Positions 10,169 through 21,200 of a stretch of 64,000 nt of DNA are shown here, in pieces. Made by a program: the position numbers and the translations under genes. Source of the stretch: a virus. How positions within the stretch are numbered: the stretch's first letter is position 1; the number at the start of each line of letters is the position of its first letter. The notes below the pieces were generated by a model, which was not told the DNA's origin, made no database searches, and worked only from the letters and a program-made list of their open reading frames with translations. The stretch covers positions 32,001 to 96,000 of IMG/VR virus record IMGVR_UViG_3300048850_000068. One strand, 5' to 3'.

Positions 10169-11287
10169 TTAAGAAAGTCCGCGCTCCTTGCGCAGCATGT
10201 CGAGATGCTTCACCCCTTCATACATATCATCGAAGAACAGGGTGCGACCATTCGCCGGATCGTGGATCGTCAGCGGGGTCAGGAACGGCTGCTGCGGCCG
10301 GAAGTGTTCGCGCCGGGCATAGCCATCGATCGTCTTGTAGGCGCCGAGCTGCACGCCATGGACAGCCTTGCTCTCGCCCATCCAGCGCTTCTCGTAGGTC
10401 ACGTGGCCGGCCTGGTGAATGTGCCCGCCCCAGATCACGTCCTCGCCTTCCCAGCGCTCGAGGATGTGGACCGCAATCGAGTGCATCGGGTTGAACCGGC
10501 TCATGCCCTTATACTTGTGCCGCGCCAGGTGCGTGAACTGCGTGCCTTCCGGGGTCGTGAGCCGCACGCGCACCTCGTCCGTGTCATAGATCGCGCCCAG
10601 ACCGAAGCCTTCGAACAGCTTCTTCGTCACATCGACGCCGCCGGCTTCCGTCGACCAGTCCATGTGATTGCCCGAGATCGCAGCGACCAGCTTCGGGGCA
10701 AGAAGCGTCACATAGTATTCCAGCAGGCGCCAGGCGTCGCTGTGGCTCATGATATCCTTGCGGCGCTCGCGCTCGAGGCGCCCGACGATGAAGTTGTCGA
10801 GCCAGTCACCGATGCCGACGGCAAAGAGTGCCGGATGCTGGGCGATGAACTCGGCGTCCTGCAGGGCGCGGCTCAAGTTCGTGCCGAGATTGTTGAGGTG
10901 GTGATCCGGCAGGCCGACAACGGCGAACGGGCCCGGAACCTTGATCTTCACATCGATGATGTGCTTCGCCTGGTGGTAGGCGGCATAGTCCTGATTGATC
11001 TTGCTCACGCGGTCGATCAGGTCCTCGATCGGCTCGACATAGTCCGGCAGGATCGTGGTGATCTCGCGGCCCGAGATGCCGGCTTCCTTCTGGGTCTTCG
11101 AGGCCTTGCGGGTGACGAGCTCCGGCAGCGTCGTGTCGTTCTTCCGCAGGCGCCGCAGCACGGCTGCATAGTTCCGGACAGTCTGATACGAGTAGCCGAG
11201 GGACGCGGCGACGTCTGCCATGTGCGGGAACTGCGTGACGTCATTGTAGATCGCCGCAAACCGGACCCAGTCAATCGAGGTGCTCAT
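10169..11287 (-). CDS. HTH + calcineurin-like metallophosphoesterase
   Basis: N-terminal ADVAASLGYSYQTVRNY HTH; DHH, GDWLD, GNH, GHIH motifs. Confidence 0.8.
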   Translation of the reverse strand: MSTSIDWVRFAAIYNDVTQFPHMADVAASLGYSYQTVRNYAAVLRRLRKNDTTLPELVTRKASKTQKEAGISGREITTILPDYVEPIEDLIDRVSKINQDYAAYHQAKHIIDVKIKVPGPFAVVGLPDHHLNNLGTNLSRALQDAEFIAQHPALFAVGIGDWLDNFIVGRLERERRKDIMSHSDAWRLLEYYVTLLAPKLVAAISGNHMDWSTEAGGVDVTKKLFEGFGLGAIYDTDEVRVRLTTPEGTQFTHLARHKYKGMSRFNPMHSIAVHILERWEGEDVIWGGHIHQAGHVTYEKRWMGESKAVHGVQLGAYKTIDGYARREHFRPQQPFLTPLTIHDPANGRTLFFDDMYEGVKHLDMLRKERGLS

Positions 11288-11340
11288 GTGTTTCTCTTTG
11301 GGTTAAGTCATTGCTGACTGAGGAAGGAAAGCGACATTCC

Positions 11341-11422
11341 GGGGAATTCCCAAAGCCGTCGCGCTACTACTAGAAACTACTTAGTCATTACTTAAGACTG
11401 TAAGCGAAAGGCCCCGGGAATT
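11341..11422 (-). repeat. ~80-bp inverted-repeat element, copy 1 of 4
   Basis: Reverse complement matches the copies at 42981, 57598 and 58121. Confidence 0.75.
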
Positions 11423-11936
11423 ACCGGAGCCTTCCGATGATGGTGTTGATTGCTCCGGACTTGTCAGCGCTTCCGCGCGAGGAGCCGAAGTAGTAGTTCA
11501 GCACCAGGCCGAAGGCCGTGGACAGGGTGCCGAAGAGGATGCTGGCCGTGGAGCTCTCCGGGATCTGCTTGAACATCACGGCGCCGGTCAGGGACAGGAA
11601 GCCGAGAACCACCGTGAAGGCGAGCACCGTTGGAGCCCAGGCGAGCACGGAGCCGGCCTTCACCATCTCAAGCTGCGTGGCCCGGGCGTCCTGAATGTCC
11701 TCGAGCTGGAGCTTCAGATGCGCCGTCTCCTGATCGAGGCGGGCCTTGAACTGCTCGAGGAGCGCCGGATTGTTGGCGATCTGTTGCAGAGCGCCCTCGG
11801 CATCTGCGCCTGGATCACCGATAACCTGAGTGGCGACCTTGCCGGCAATCTTGACCACTTCCGCAGCCTTGCCGCCGCCCAGGAGGTCAGCGAGTTCGGG
11901 AACAAGCTGTAGCAGCGCAGGGATTAAACTGAACAT
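11421..11936 (-). CDS. holin-like membrane protein (3TM type)
   Basis: C-terminal hydrophobic helices ending YYFGSSRGS; next to endolysin. Confidence 0.7.
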   Translation of the reverse strand: MFSLIPALLQLVPELADLLGGGKAAEVVKIAGKVATQVIGDPGADAEGALQQIANNPALLEQFKARLDQETAHLKLQLEDIQDARATQLEMVKAGSVLAWAPTVLAFTVVLGFLSLTGAVMFKQIPESSTASILFGTLSTAFGLVLNYYFGSSRGSADKSGAINTIIGRLR

Positions 11937-12634
11937 GACTTCGCACTCGCGTTCGCAAAAGGGAGCGTTTCGCTCCCAGTGACTTCGGGAAGGGGCTTAA
12001 ATGCTGCTTGCGCTGCAACGAGCGCAGCGAGATATGCGTCGGCATACTCAGCGATGGCTTCGGCCTTGTCGGTGCCGTTGATGATGCGGCGGGCCTGGAC
12101 GAAGTCCTTGTGCTCGTCGCCGTCCACGCGGTCGTCGATATAGTCGTCGAGATCCTTGCCAGTGAACCAACCTTCCTCCATCCCGACGAACATGATGATC
12201 GCGGCGTAGAGCGGAATCATCACGTCATCCGGACGGTTGACGAAGTCCACATCGAAGCCCATCTCGCGCAGCTTCTTGGTCGCCTTGGCGTAGTTGTTCT
12301 TACCCGTGAGCTGGACATAGCCGCGGCCGCAATACTTGGCCCCGTCGCCCGGGGTCAGGTTGCCGAGCTCGCGGGCCTTGGCCGGGCGCGATCCCTTGAT
12401 GTCATACATCTTGGTGAAATACGCCGTGCCGCCCCATTCCTTGATCGGCTGCATGGTGCCGCCGGTCTCGAGATGCGGCGTGGCGAACACATAGGCGAGC
12501 TGCGGAACAGAGGTCTTGGCCCCGTAACGCGCATGGGCGTCGAGGATCGCATTGATGCCTTCGACCTGGCCGTTAGTGAAGCGCCCGAACGGCTTCTTGC
12601 GCAGGTGAGCAAACAGGGTGTCACGATCAAACAT
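11924..12634 (-). CDS. endolysin, GH19 chitinase-like
   Basis: HLETGG, GDGAKYCGRGYVQLTGKNNY, RRIING. Confidence 0.9.
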   Translation of the reverse strand: MFDRDTLFAHLRKKPFGRFTNGQVEGINAILDAHARYGAKTSVPQLAYVFATPHLETGGTMQPIKEWGGTAYFTKMYDIKGSRPAKARELGNLTPGDGAKYCGRGYVQLTGKNNYAKATKKLREMGFDVDFVNRPDDVMIPLYAAIIMFVGMEEGWFTGKDLDDYIDDRVDGDEHKDFVQARRIINGTDKAEAIAEYADAYLAALVAAQAAFKPLPEVTGSETLPFANASAKSCSV

Positions 12635-12657
12635 GATAAGTCAGTCCTTACTTACTA

Positions 12658-12960
12658 TTACTGCCACAGCTTTGCAAGCTTGTCCCACGCACCGAGCGCC
12701 CACATCAGCATGGCGCCCAAGCCCACGAGGACGATGTAGCCGCCCTTGGCCGTGGTGAAGAAGCTCTTCACGTCGGCCTGCTCCTTCTGAACAGCCTCGA
12801 TCTTGGCGTCGGTCTTGGCGAACCGATCATCCACCTTGGTCTCAAGCTTTTCGAAGCTCTTGCGCAGATTATCGAGGCGCTCGAGGATAACGGCCTGAAC
12901 GGGGTCTTCTACATTGGGAACCTGGGACATCGGATACTCCATCGGGGTAAGAAGGGGCAT
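12658..12960 (-). CDS. small coiled-coil membrane protein of the lysis cassette
   Basis: Coiled coil plus a C-terminal TM helix; start uncertain. Confidence 0.6.
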   Translation of the reverse strand: MPLLTPMEYPMSQVPNVEDPVQAVILERLDNLRKSFEKLETKVDDRFAKTDAKIEAVQKEQADVKSFFTTAKGGYIVLVGLGAMLMWALGAWDKLAKLWQ

Positions 12961-13053
12961 CCTGAGTTCACGAGGTCGCTTACGATTGTCAGGATTGAGC
13001 TATTATAACCGTGCGATTCCACTGCGGCCACAAATAAGTCAATCCTGACTTAC

Positions 13054-13707
13054 TTACTGCGACAGAGTGCCCGCGTAAATAAAGAGATCGTCCACCTGCT
13101 CCTCGGTCAGATCGAGCTCAAGCCCGATCGACAGCACATAGGGGTTCTGACGCTCCCAGATCCGGGCTTCCCTGAACCACAGGGAGACGCGACGGTTCTT
13201 GAACGCCTCGACAATCTCTTCCGTCCTGGTGAGCAGGTCCGGCGTGGCGCCCAGAACCAGCTTGCCGGTGCCGGGAATAGGATCGCCGCTCACATCCTTA
13301 TCGTAGACGATTCCGTAATCGAGCAGCGCCACCTTGGCCTGGGCCGCGGTCACGTCGGAAACACGATCAGCCGAGATCAACGTGCCGGTATCCCAGTCAA
13401 CCAGCCATTGCTTGAAGCGGAGCTCGTCGAGCTGATCGTCGGGCCGACGCGGGATGCTCACGACCAGGCAATCCATCGGACTGATCCGGTCGATTGCGTT
13501 TTCGGCGCTGAGAACCCGGCCTGTCTCCTCCTGCACCAGGAGCCAGGTGCGGTTCGCCGGCGCCAGATCGCGAAAGTCATACCAGTCCATCGACGGGTCA
13601 TCGACGCTGCGGCGGAAGATAATACCGTGCTCGGTTTCGAGCTCCTTCTTCGGGTGATCGCTGGGCAGCGTGTAGACTTCCCAGCGACCGAAATTCTCAA
13701 CGCTCAT
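13054..13707 (-). CDS. putative tail fiber assembly protein
   Basis: Follows tail fiber; DWYD motif, C-terminal LTEEQVDDLF. Confidence 0.65.
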   Translation of the reverse strand: MSVENFGRWEVYTLPSDHPKKELETEHGIIFRRSVDDPSMDWYDFRDLAPANRTWLLVQEETGRVLSAENAIDRISPMDCLVVSIPRRPDDQLDELRFKQWLVDWDTGTLISADRVSDVTAAQAKVALLDYGIVYDKDVSGDPIPGTGKLVLGATPDLLTRTEEIVEAFKNRRVSLWFREARIWERQNPYVLSIGLELDLTEEQVDDLFIYAGTLSQ

Positions 13708-13716
13708 AATCTCTCC

Positions 13717-16700
13717 TTATGCCGTAACGTCATACCAAACGCCGGCCACTTCCTTCTGCATATACTTGTGCCAGAGGCCGATATCGGTGCCGTTGCTGCC
13801 GTCGCGGATGCCGTAGACGAGCCAGTTACCGGCTTCCCACTGCTGGCCGGGCGTCAGGATGGTGTAGGCATGTCCGACATAGCGCAGATTACCGATGCGA
13901 TTGGCTGCGTGAGCCGCTCCCCAGGCAGAGCCGCGATTCTCAATGTGACCATAGAGATCACCAAACTGCGTGGTGTTGATGTCGCCACTACCGCCGATCG
14001 ACAGCATGACGCCGCCGCCCTGGTCCTGCAGGTAAATGCGGCCGTCGCCGCCGGCCTTCCAGCGCGCACGACGCACGCCGGGATAGTGCATCCAGAAGCC
14101 GTGATCGGCGCCGCCGGCCTCGAAGCCGCCCGCTGTCGTGCTGTAGAAAGCCGGAGAGGTCACGCTCCGCCCGGTCGACATATCTCCATTCTGGTTTACG
14201 CTCATCGCCCAGGCGGTGCCGGCCGCGTTGAGGAAACCCCAGTAGCTCGACCGGAAGACCGTGCGGTCTGAGCCGTTGTCGTAGATCGTGGAGCCGCGCC
14301 CGAGGTCGATGCTCTGACCCGCGGCCATCCTGAAGCCGCTGGGAGCCTCAAGCTTGAAGTCGGCGCCGATATGCAGAAGGTTGCGGATCGCAGAAGAGCC
14401 GTCATCCTTGATCTGCTGAAGGTAGAAGGCGCCCTGGTCGTAGATAAACCGGAGGTTCTTCTGATCGACAGCCGCGTTGGTGTCGTAGAGATCCACGATC
14501 GGGTAGGGGCCACGAACAAAGAGCTGCCCGCTATGGACGCCGCCCGTCGTGGCAAGAACGCCGTTCTCCAGCGTCAGGAGCGAGGTCGCGCCGTCCTCGC
14601 TGAGGATGTGCAGGCTGTTGTTGTTGGTCTTGATGATCGTGCGGCCGGCATTGTTGAGACCGCTCGAGTTCTGATCCGAGATCGAACCGCCATGCGAGAA
14701 CATGACGCCCGCGAGCTCGCTTGTGACCCTGAGACCCTTCGGCACCACCATCTCGCCGGTCTTGAGATCGAGATCGAGATGATCCGTCCACTCGAGGCTC
14801 GCGCCAGGCGCCCCGCGCCGGATCTTAAAGCGTTCGTTCGTGCCGTCGTCGTAGAACCCGGCGAAGAACGAGGGCTTGGTCGTATCGTCGCGCCCCGAGG
14901 CGTCGAGGTAAACGTTGGTGAGGATGCCGGTCTGCTTCACGCCCCAGATAGTCGCGTGCAGGAAGCGCCCGTAAGGAACGGTGAAGTTACCGTCGACCTC
15001 GACGCCGTTGCCGCCGATGGTGAAATCCTTGTATTCGCTGTTGGAATTCACCATGAACCAGCCGCCCTCGGCGGTGAACCCGCCGATCGGGTTGACGCCG
15101 GGCTGCGCCACCCAGAACGTGACGGCGCGATAGCCCTCATAGATCATGTTGTTGGCGACGTTGTATTGCCAGAGCCAGGCCGGCTTGGTCGCGTCGAGCC
15201 GGTTCCAGCTCGTGCCGTTCCACGCGGCGTTGACCGCCTCGTAATAGTCGCCGTTGATGGTTCCCTTCCAGGAGATGCCGCCCGTGGTCATCGACGGGGC
15301 GGACACAGGACGCGAGAAGGTCGCATCGGTCAGGTCATCGGCCGTCAGCACCACGTCACCGGCACGGCCGGCAACCGAAAGCACCGTCGAGGCGGCAGCC
15401 GTGCTGGTGATCGTGCCCGTGGCCGGGTCGTAGGTGATGCCCGGGCCGGGCTTCATCGCCGCGCGGGCCGCATTGGTTGCGCGAGCGTCGGTATAATAAA
15501 GGTTCGTGCCCTCGGCGATATCAGACGTCGTGAGCGTCACATCAGCCGTGCCGTCGAAGCTCTTGCCGTTAATGGTGCGCGCCGTAGCGAGCTTGGTCGC
15601 CGATGCGGCATTGCCCTGCAGGGCAGCGGTGATCGTGCCGGCCGAGAAGTTGCCGGAGCCGTCGCGCGCCACGATGGCGCCATTGGTGTTTGCAGCCGTC
15701 GCATTGGACGTGAACACGCCGGTTACCGGATCGTAAACCAGGCCCGTTCCAGCAGCCGAGACGGAAGCGCGGGCGCGAGCGGTCGTGAAATAAACCGCCT
15801 GGCCTTCCGGCACATTGTCGGTGGTGATCGCAATCGAGCCGACAGGCACCGTGCCGGTCAACTTCGAGGCATCAAGCGCGGTCACATTGAGCGTGATCGC
15901 CGAGGAGCCGTTGAAAGACACGCCGGACGCGGTCGCGCCGCCTGAGATCGAGATATTGCGGCTGGTCTTCAGGGTCGTGGCCGTCGAGGCGTTGCCAGAG
16001 AGCTCGCCGTAGAAGGTCGCCGCCTCGATGTCACCCAGCGTGCCGGCCGAGGCGAGGTCGTTGCCCGAGGTGTAGGCGGTCCAGCGGTCGGTGCTCTCGT
16101 TGAACACGAGGAAAGCGTCGGTGCCGCCGCGCTCGACCTTGAGACCGGCATAGGGCAGCGTCGCGCCGGAGTTGTTCTTCGCAACCTGAATGATCGCGTC
16201 CTCGACCGACACCGTGCCGACGTCGAGGGTGATCGTGTCGCCCTGCACTGTAAGATCGCCGGTGACGGTCAGGCTGCCCGTAATGATGCCGCCGTTAGCG
16301 TCGAGCGGGGTGAAACCGAGCGCCGTGGTGACATTGGCCTTCGACAGAGCAGCAATCGCCGTGACGCGGCCCTTGTTGTCGATCGTGAGGTTCGAATAGG
16401 AGCCGGCCGTCAGACCAGGCAGGGTCTTGAGCTGGGTATCGATGGTGATCGCCACCGAGCCATCGAAGTCGCCGTTCGTGGTAACGGCCGTAGTCGAGAG
16501 CACGTCGCCACCGACCGAGATCTTGCGGGATGCGGCGAGCTTCGAGGCAGTTGCGGCATTGCCCGACACGGACACGTCATAGGTGCCGGTGAGCCGGGCC
16601 TTGTCGATCGTGCCGGTGAGCTTGGTCGCATCGAGCGCCGTGACGTCGAGGGCAATATCGGTGGAGCCGTCGAGGGCGATAGCTGCAGCCGTGGCGCCGC

Positions 16701-17598
16701 CCGAGATCGACACATTGCGGGCCGTGGCCCACTTGGTCGCGGTCGCGGCATTGCCGGTGACGGAAATATCGTAGGAACCGGTCAGGCGTGCCTTGGCGAC
16801 GGTGCCGGCCGACAGTGTCGAGGCGTCGAGCGCCGTGACGTCGAGGGTGATGTTGCTCGAGCCATCAAAGTTGACGCCTGCGGCCGTGGCGCCACCCGAG
16901 AGCGCGATGCTGCGCGCGGTGGCAAACTTCGTGGCGCTATCGGCATTACCTTGAAGAGCGCCAATGAACTTCGGCGCCGTAACATTGCCCGTAAAGGCGC
17001 CCGTGCCGCCCACGACGGCATTGCCGGTGAGCTCAAGGGAGCCGCCCGAGATCTTACCCGAGGCGTTGATCGTGGTGAGACCGGTGAGGCCCTGCCCGCC
17101 GAACGTCCACAGCTCCGCGAGCTCATCCCAGAGGATCGACACGGTCGGAAGGTCGCCACGCTCGATGATCAGGCCTGCATCGGCGCCTGGCTCGCCCGTC
17201 ATGCCGCGCTGCAGGGTGAAGGTCGGAGATGCAATGCCGGTGAGTGCCCCGCCCTGCGCCCCGAGGGTCTTCATGGCCGCATCCATGGTGGAGAAGGATT
17301 GCTGCAGGAGCCCGGCCGTGTTGGTGTCGCCGTAGGAGAGGGTCGGCATGCGCAGAGCGGACGTGAAGTCGCGATGGATTGCGTAACCCGCCTCAACCTT
17401 GCTCGCGCCGGTATAGTCCGAGTTGAGCGTGGCCGTGGATGCTGCCGTGTCGACCGAGACGATCTGATACCAGACATTCTCGCCCGCGAACGAAAACAGG
17501 TTGCCAGGCTCCACATTCCCGACGAGCGTCGCGCCGACGAATGAAACAACCCGCGCGCCGTTTGCGAGCGACGCCTTGCCAAACCTGTATTGTGCCAT
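13717..17598 (-). CDS. long tail fiber protein
   Basis: 1293 aa, G/T/A-rich, repeated GNA.TA.KL..AR.I...GG...DGS..ITL modules. Confidence 0.85.
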   Translation of the reverse strand: MAQYRFGKASLANGARVVSFVGATLVGNVEPGNLFSFAGENVWYQIVSVDTAASTATLNSDYTGASKVEAGYAIHRDFTSALRMPTLSYGDTNTAGLLQQSFSTMDAAMKTLGAQGGALTGIASPTFTLQRGMTGEPGADAGLIIERGDLPTVSILWDELAELWTFGGQGLTGLTTINASGKISGGSLELTGNAVVGGTGAFTGNVTAPKFIGALQGNADSATKFATARSIALSGGATAAGVNFDGSSNITLDVTALDASTLSAGTVAKARLTGSYDISVTGNAATATKWATARNVSISGGATAAAIALDGSTDIALDVTALDATKLTGTIDKARLTGTYDVSVSGNAATASKLAASRKISVGGDVLSTTAVTTNGDFDGSVAITIDTQLKTLPGLTAGSYSNLTIDNKGRVTAIAALSKANVTTALGFTPLDANGGIITGSLTVTGDLTVQGDTITLDVGTVSVEDAIIQVAKNNSGATLPYAGLKVERGGTDAFLVFNESTDRWTAYTSGNDLASAGTLGDIEAATFYGELSGNASTATTLKTSRNISISGGATASGVSFNGSSAITLNVTALDASKLTGTVPVGSIAITTDNVPEGQAVYFTTARARASVSAAGTGLVYDPVTGVFTSNATAANTNGAIVARDGSGNFSAGTITAALQGNAASATKLATARTINGKSFDGTADVTLTTSDIAEGTNLYYTDARATNAARAAMKPGPGITYDPATGTITSTAAASTVLSVAGRAGDVVLTADDLTDATFSRPVSAPSMTTGGISWKGTINGDYYEAVNAAWNGTSWNRLDATKPAWLWQYNVANNMIYEGYRAVTFWVAQPGVNPIGGFTAEGGWFMVNSNSEYKDFTIGGNGVEVDGNFTVPYGRFLHATIWGVKQTGILTNVYLDASGRDDTTKPSFFAGFYDDGTNERFKIRRGAPGASLEWTDHLDLDLKTGEMVVPKGLRVTSELAGVMFSHGGSISDQNSSGLNNAGRTIIKTNNNSLHILSEDGATSLLTLENGVLATTGGVHSGQLFVRGPYPIVDLYDTNAAVDQKNLRFIYDQGAFYLQQIKDDGSSAIRNLLHIGADFKLEAPSGFRMAAGQSIDLGRGSTIYDNGSDRTVFRSSYWGFLNAAGTAWAMSVNQNGDMSTGRSVTSPAFYSTTAGGFEAGGADHGFWMHYPGVRRARWKAGGDGRIYLQDQGGGVMLSIGGSGDINTTQFGDLYGHIENRGSAWGAAHAANRIGNLRYVGHAYTILTPGQQWEAGNWLVYGIRDGSNGTDIGLWHKYMQKEVAGVWYDVTA

Positions 17599-17655
17599 TG
17601 GGATCCTTCTCCTGATCCTCTAATAATAAGTCAGTAATGACTTATCTTCAATCGC

Positions 17656-17994
17656 CTATGAAGGCAAGTTATCATCGATGATCCAGAGCGACCGATTGAT
17701 CAGCTCGGCGGTGTCGATATCACCCCGGTTGGGATAGGGCATCTGAAACTCGGCGGTGAAGTCGGACGCAATCGAGTAGTTTTGCCCCGTGTAGGTGTAG
17801 AGCGGCAGATCCGGGATCGGCCGGGCCAGGCGCAGGTGCGTGTCGTCGATGACCTCGGACACCTGAACCGGGATCATGAACCACTCGAGGGTGAACATGT
17901 CACCCACCTTGACGGCGCCGGCCCAGGAGGTGTCCTTCCCGGTCACCACGTCCTGCCCGCCGGTGATGGTGACGGTGCCTTCCGTATACTTCAT
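17656..17994 (-). CDS. tail-associated protein, paralog of the fiber N-terminus
   Basis: YSIASDFT...MP....GD.DTA.L aligns with fiber YAIHRDFT...MP....GDTNTA.L. Confidence 0.7.
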   Translation of the reverse strand: MKYTEGTVTITGGQDVVTGKDTSWAGAVKVGDMFTLEWFMIPVQVSEVIDDTHLRLARPIPDLPLYTYTGQNYSIASDFTAEFQMPYPNRGDIDTAELINRSLWIIDDNLPS

Positions 17995-18269
17995 AGCGGC
18001 AGCTCCATCTGCGGATCCTCGGTCTCTTCAGGCTTCGTCGTGTTCGCGCCCTCCACAATGGTCTTCGTGGCGAGATCAACCCGGTGGGTTTCGGGCTGAC
18101 CCTGACCCTCGAGGATCGGGTCATCAGCCTCGAGATGGTTGTCAAGGATAATCCGCTGCAAAGTGCCGGCCATCACGATCTCGCCCGTGGCGGGGTCGTA
18201 ACGGACGAAGCTCACCGACGCCAGCGGATCGGGAGCGCCTTCATAGGCGTAATCAGCCAAAGTCTTCAT
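17991..18269 (-). CDS. hypothetical tail protein
   Basis: MKTLADY start overlaps the J stop. Confidence 0.6.
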   Translation of the reverse strand: MKTLADYAYEGAPDPLASVSFVRYDPATGEIVMAGTLQRIILDNHLEADDPILEGQGQPETHRVDLATKTIVEGANTTKPEETEDPQMELPL

Positions 18270-21200
18270 CGTGCAAACTCCAGAACAGTCATGACGGCGC
18301 CCATAGCGCGGTCGCTGTTGGGGCAATGGAGACGGAAAGTCTTCGTCTCCTCGTTCGGGTTATTGATGATCCACTGATGCGTGATCGGGTAAATGAACGT
18401 CGTAGAGATATTCTCGCCATAAACGTTCGTGTAGGTGACCGTAGCAGAGCTGGCGACCATCGAGCCGCTCTGCAATACGTTATCGACATAGAGGTTGAAG
18501 GTGGTGACGCCGGGATTGGTGCCATTAACCTGCCCGCCCGCATGCGAGGCGATCACCACGCACTTACCGCCCTGACGGCAATAGACGTTCACGGCGATAC
18601 CACTGCCGGCCCGGGAATCAGCCCGACCCGACACCGCGGCCATGGTCGAGATCGCGCTATTCTTCAGCCGCAGGGTGCCGATGGTGGCAACCCCGATATT
18701 AGCCTCGTCGATGACGGCGTGACCAATCTGAGCGCTGCGGGTGATCAGAACCCCGGTCGTGACCTTATCGGCGGTGATCGACTCGGCCTGAATGCGGTTG
18801 CCGTGCAGCGAGTTCACGTGGATCTTGTCGCCGTGCAGGTCCGCGATATAGGCGTTGCCGATCGCCGCGCCCGCAATGTAGGTGCCGATGTTGTGCGCGC
18901 CGATGTAATCGACGGCCGACATGGCGCCAAAGCCCGTGGTGCGCGACTTGTCGATGGAGCCGGAGAGCTTCGACGTATCGAGCGAGGCGATGGCGTGGTT
19001 CGGGATCACTGAGGCGCCGAACCCGCCCGTGCCGAAGATATAGGTGCCGTTGGCGTCGAACATCTGCAGGCCGTAATCGGTCGTGCCCTCGCCGAGCTTG
19101 CCGAGGCGCACCCGCAGACGTCCGGCCGAGAGCTCGCCCGGGAGCACGCCGATGGGCTGGGCGTCGTAGATATTGAGGTTCTGACCCGGAGCCCACAGCA
19201 CGAACCGGTCACCGCCGACGCGGATCTTATCGGCAGCCGAGAGCGTGCCGCCCGCGAGCTTGTCGAAGGTGATGTATCCGGCCAGGTGGGTGTTCTCGAT
19301 GATACCGCCCTTGATCTGCGCCTTGTCGGTGATGAACTCGCCGGCCGCGACCAGGTCCGCGGTGAGCGAGCCCGTGCGGATCTGGTTGCCGTCGATCATC
19401 GTGCGGCCGTAGGTCATGTTGAGATCGACACCGCCGCGATAGGTGCCGAGGATGATCTGATCGGCGCCGGCGGGAGGCGTCGTGGGTGTCGAGAGCGCGG
19501 TGGTGCCGCGGGTCCAGACGAAATAGATCACGGTGCCGGCAGCCCAGGTCTTCGACGAGGCGGAGATCGCGTCCACCTTCATCTTGCCGTCGTCGCCGAT
19601 ATATTCGATCGTGCCCGAGCTCCAGGAGACCTGGTTCGTCTCCTTGTTGTAGGAGAACTGCAGGCCCGAAACCGTGATGCCGCGCAGACCCACCTCGAGC
19701 TGGTTCGCCGAGATCGAGTTCGCGGCAATCGACCCGCCGCGGATCTTGGTCAGGTCGGTGCCGTCGCGCCAGGATGCCAGCGAGACGTCGCCGGCGATGA
19801 GGATCTGGCCCGGGTCGATCTTCGTGGTCTGGGAGTTGATCAGCTTTCCCGGCTCGGTCGTGGCGCCGATGGAGACGCCCGTCTTGCCGATGGTGATCGT
19901 GGGCGGCAGGCTGGTGTTGATGTTGAGGTGCTCGCCCTCGATCGCACCCGCCTGGATCTTGTCGGCTGTGATGGCATTGGCCGCGATATCGCCCTCGGCG
20001 ACCTGACCCGGGGTGACCGACGCCACAGCGCTGAAATTCGACTGTAGAGCGCTCGTGTTGACAGAGCGCACCCAGTAATAGCGCGTAACGTTGGTCGCGA
20101 TCCCTGCATGCGTAAAAGCGATCCCTGCGCTTGTTCCGACGAGCAGTGCATCTGCGATGTTATTCGTCGTCGAAGACCAGATCTCGACCACGGACAAATC
20201 GGGGTCGGACGGGTTCGCCCACTTGAGATAGGCGCTCTTCAGCGACGCGGTCGCGGTCAGGTTGGTGGGCGCGCCCGGCTTCACCGTGTTGAGCGGCGTC
20301 TTGTGCGAGACCTCAGTCGAGTAGCCCGACGCGACGCCGTTGCGCGAGCGCGCCTTGACGCGCACCGTATAGGTCTCGTTGAGCGCCAGGCCCGACCAGA
20401 CATAGGTGGCGTTCTCAGCCTTGGGATCGCCCGAGGTGACAAAGCCGATCCAGTCACCGGCGCCGCGCTTGATCTCGACCTCGAAGGTGGAGAAGTTCTC
20501 GGACGGGCTCTTCGCCCAGGTTGCGGTCAGCGTCGCCGAGATCACGCCGTCGGACGCGCGCTCGACCTTCGAGGCGAGCGCCAGGCCCGTCGGGATCGCC
20601 GGCGGGGTGTTGTCCACGACAATGCCCGACATGGTCATCTCGACTTCCGGCGAGATATTCAGGCCGACCTTGCCGAAGCTGTCATAGGCCGCAAAGCGGA
20701 TGTAGTAGGTGGCGAACTCCTCGAGCGGGATCGACACGAAGTTGTTCGGGCCGTCATAGACCGGCGATGTCGCATAGGGGTCGAAGTTCGGCGCGCGCGA
20801 AGCCCAGACCAAGCCGCCCGCGAAATCGAGATCGTCCGGGAACGGGTAATCGACATAGAGGGCGCCGGAGTTGTTGGTCCACAGCTTCGGGATGATCAGG
20901 TCCGGCACCGGGTTCTCGACCGTGAGCACGGCCGGCGAGCTTTCGCGCCCGAGCGTGTCACGCACCGTCACCTCGAAGCGGAACTTACGCTGCGCACTCT
21001 TCCCGATCGTGCGGAAGTCCTGCACGTTCTTGTCGAAGGAATAGGTGTAATCGTTGGTCAGGATCGCCTCGGTGCGCACCAGGCGCCCGGTCTCGACGTC
21101 GAACACGCGGATGACGTTGTCGCGGTAGAACGGGTTGACGTTGCCCGCGCCGGCCGTGCCGGTGCCGGTCTCATAGGACGAGCCCGGGAAGTTGTTGCGC

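Noticed and set aside
15500-16960. Tail-fiber internal repeats as a DGR or invertible cassette
   Set aside because: These are protein-level shaft repeats; no reverse transcriptase, template/variable repeat pair or invertase was seen.
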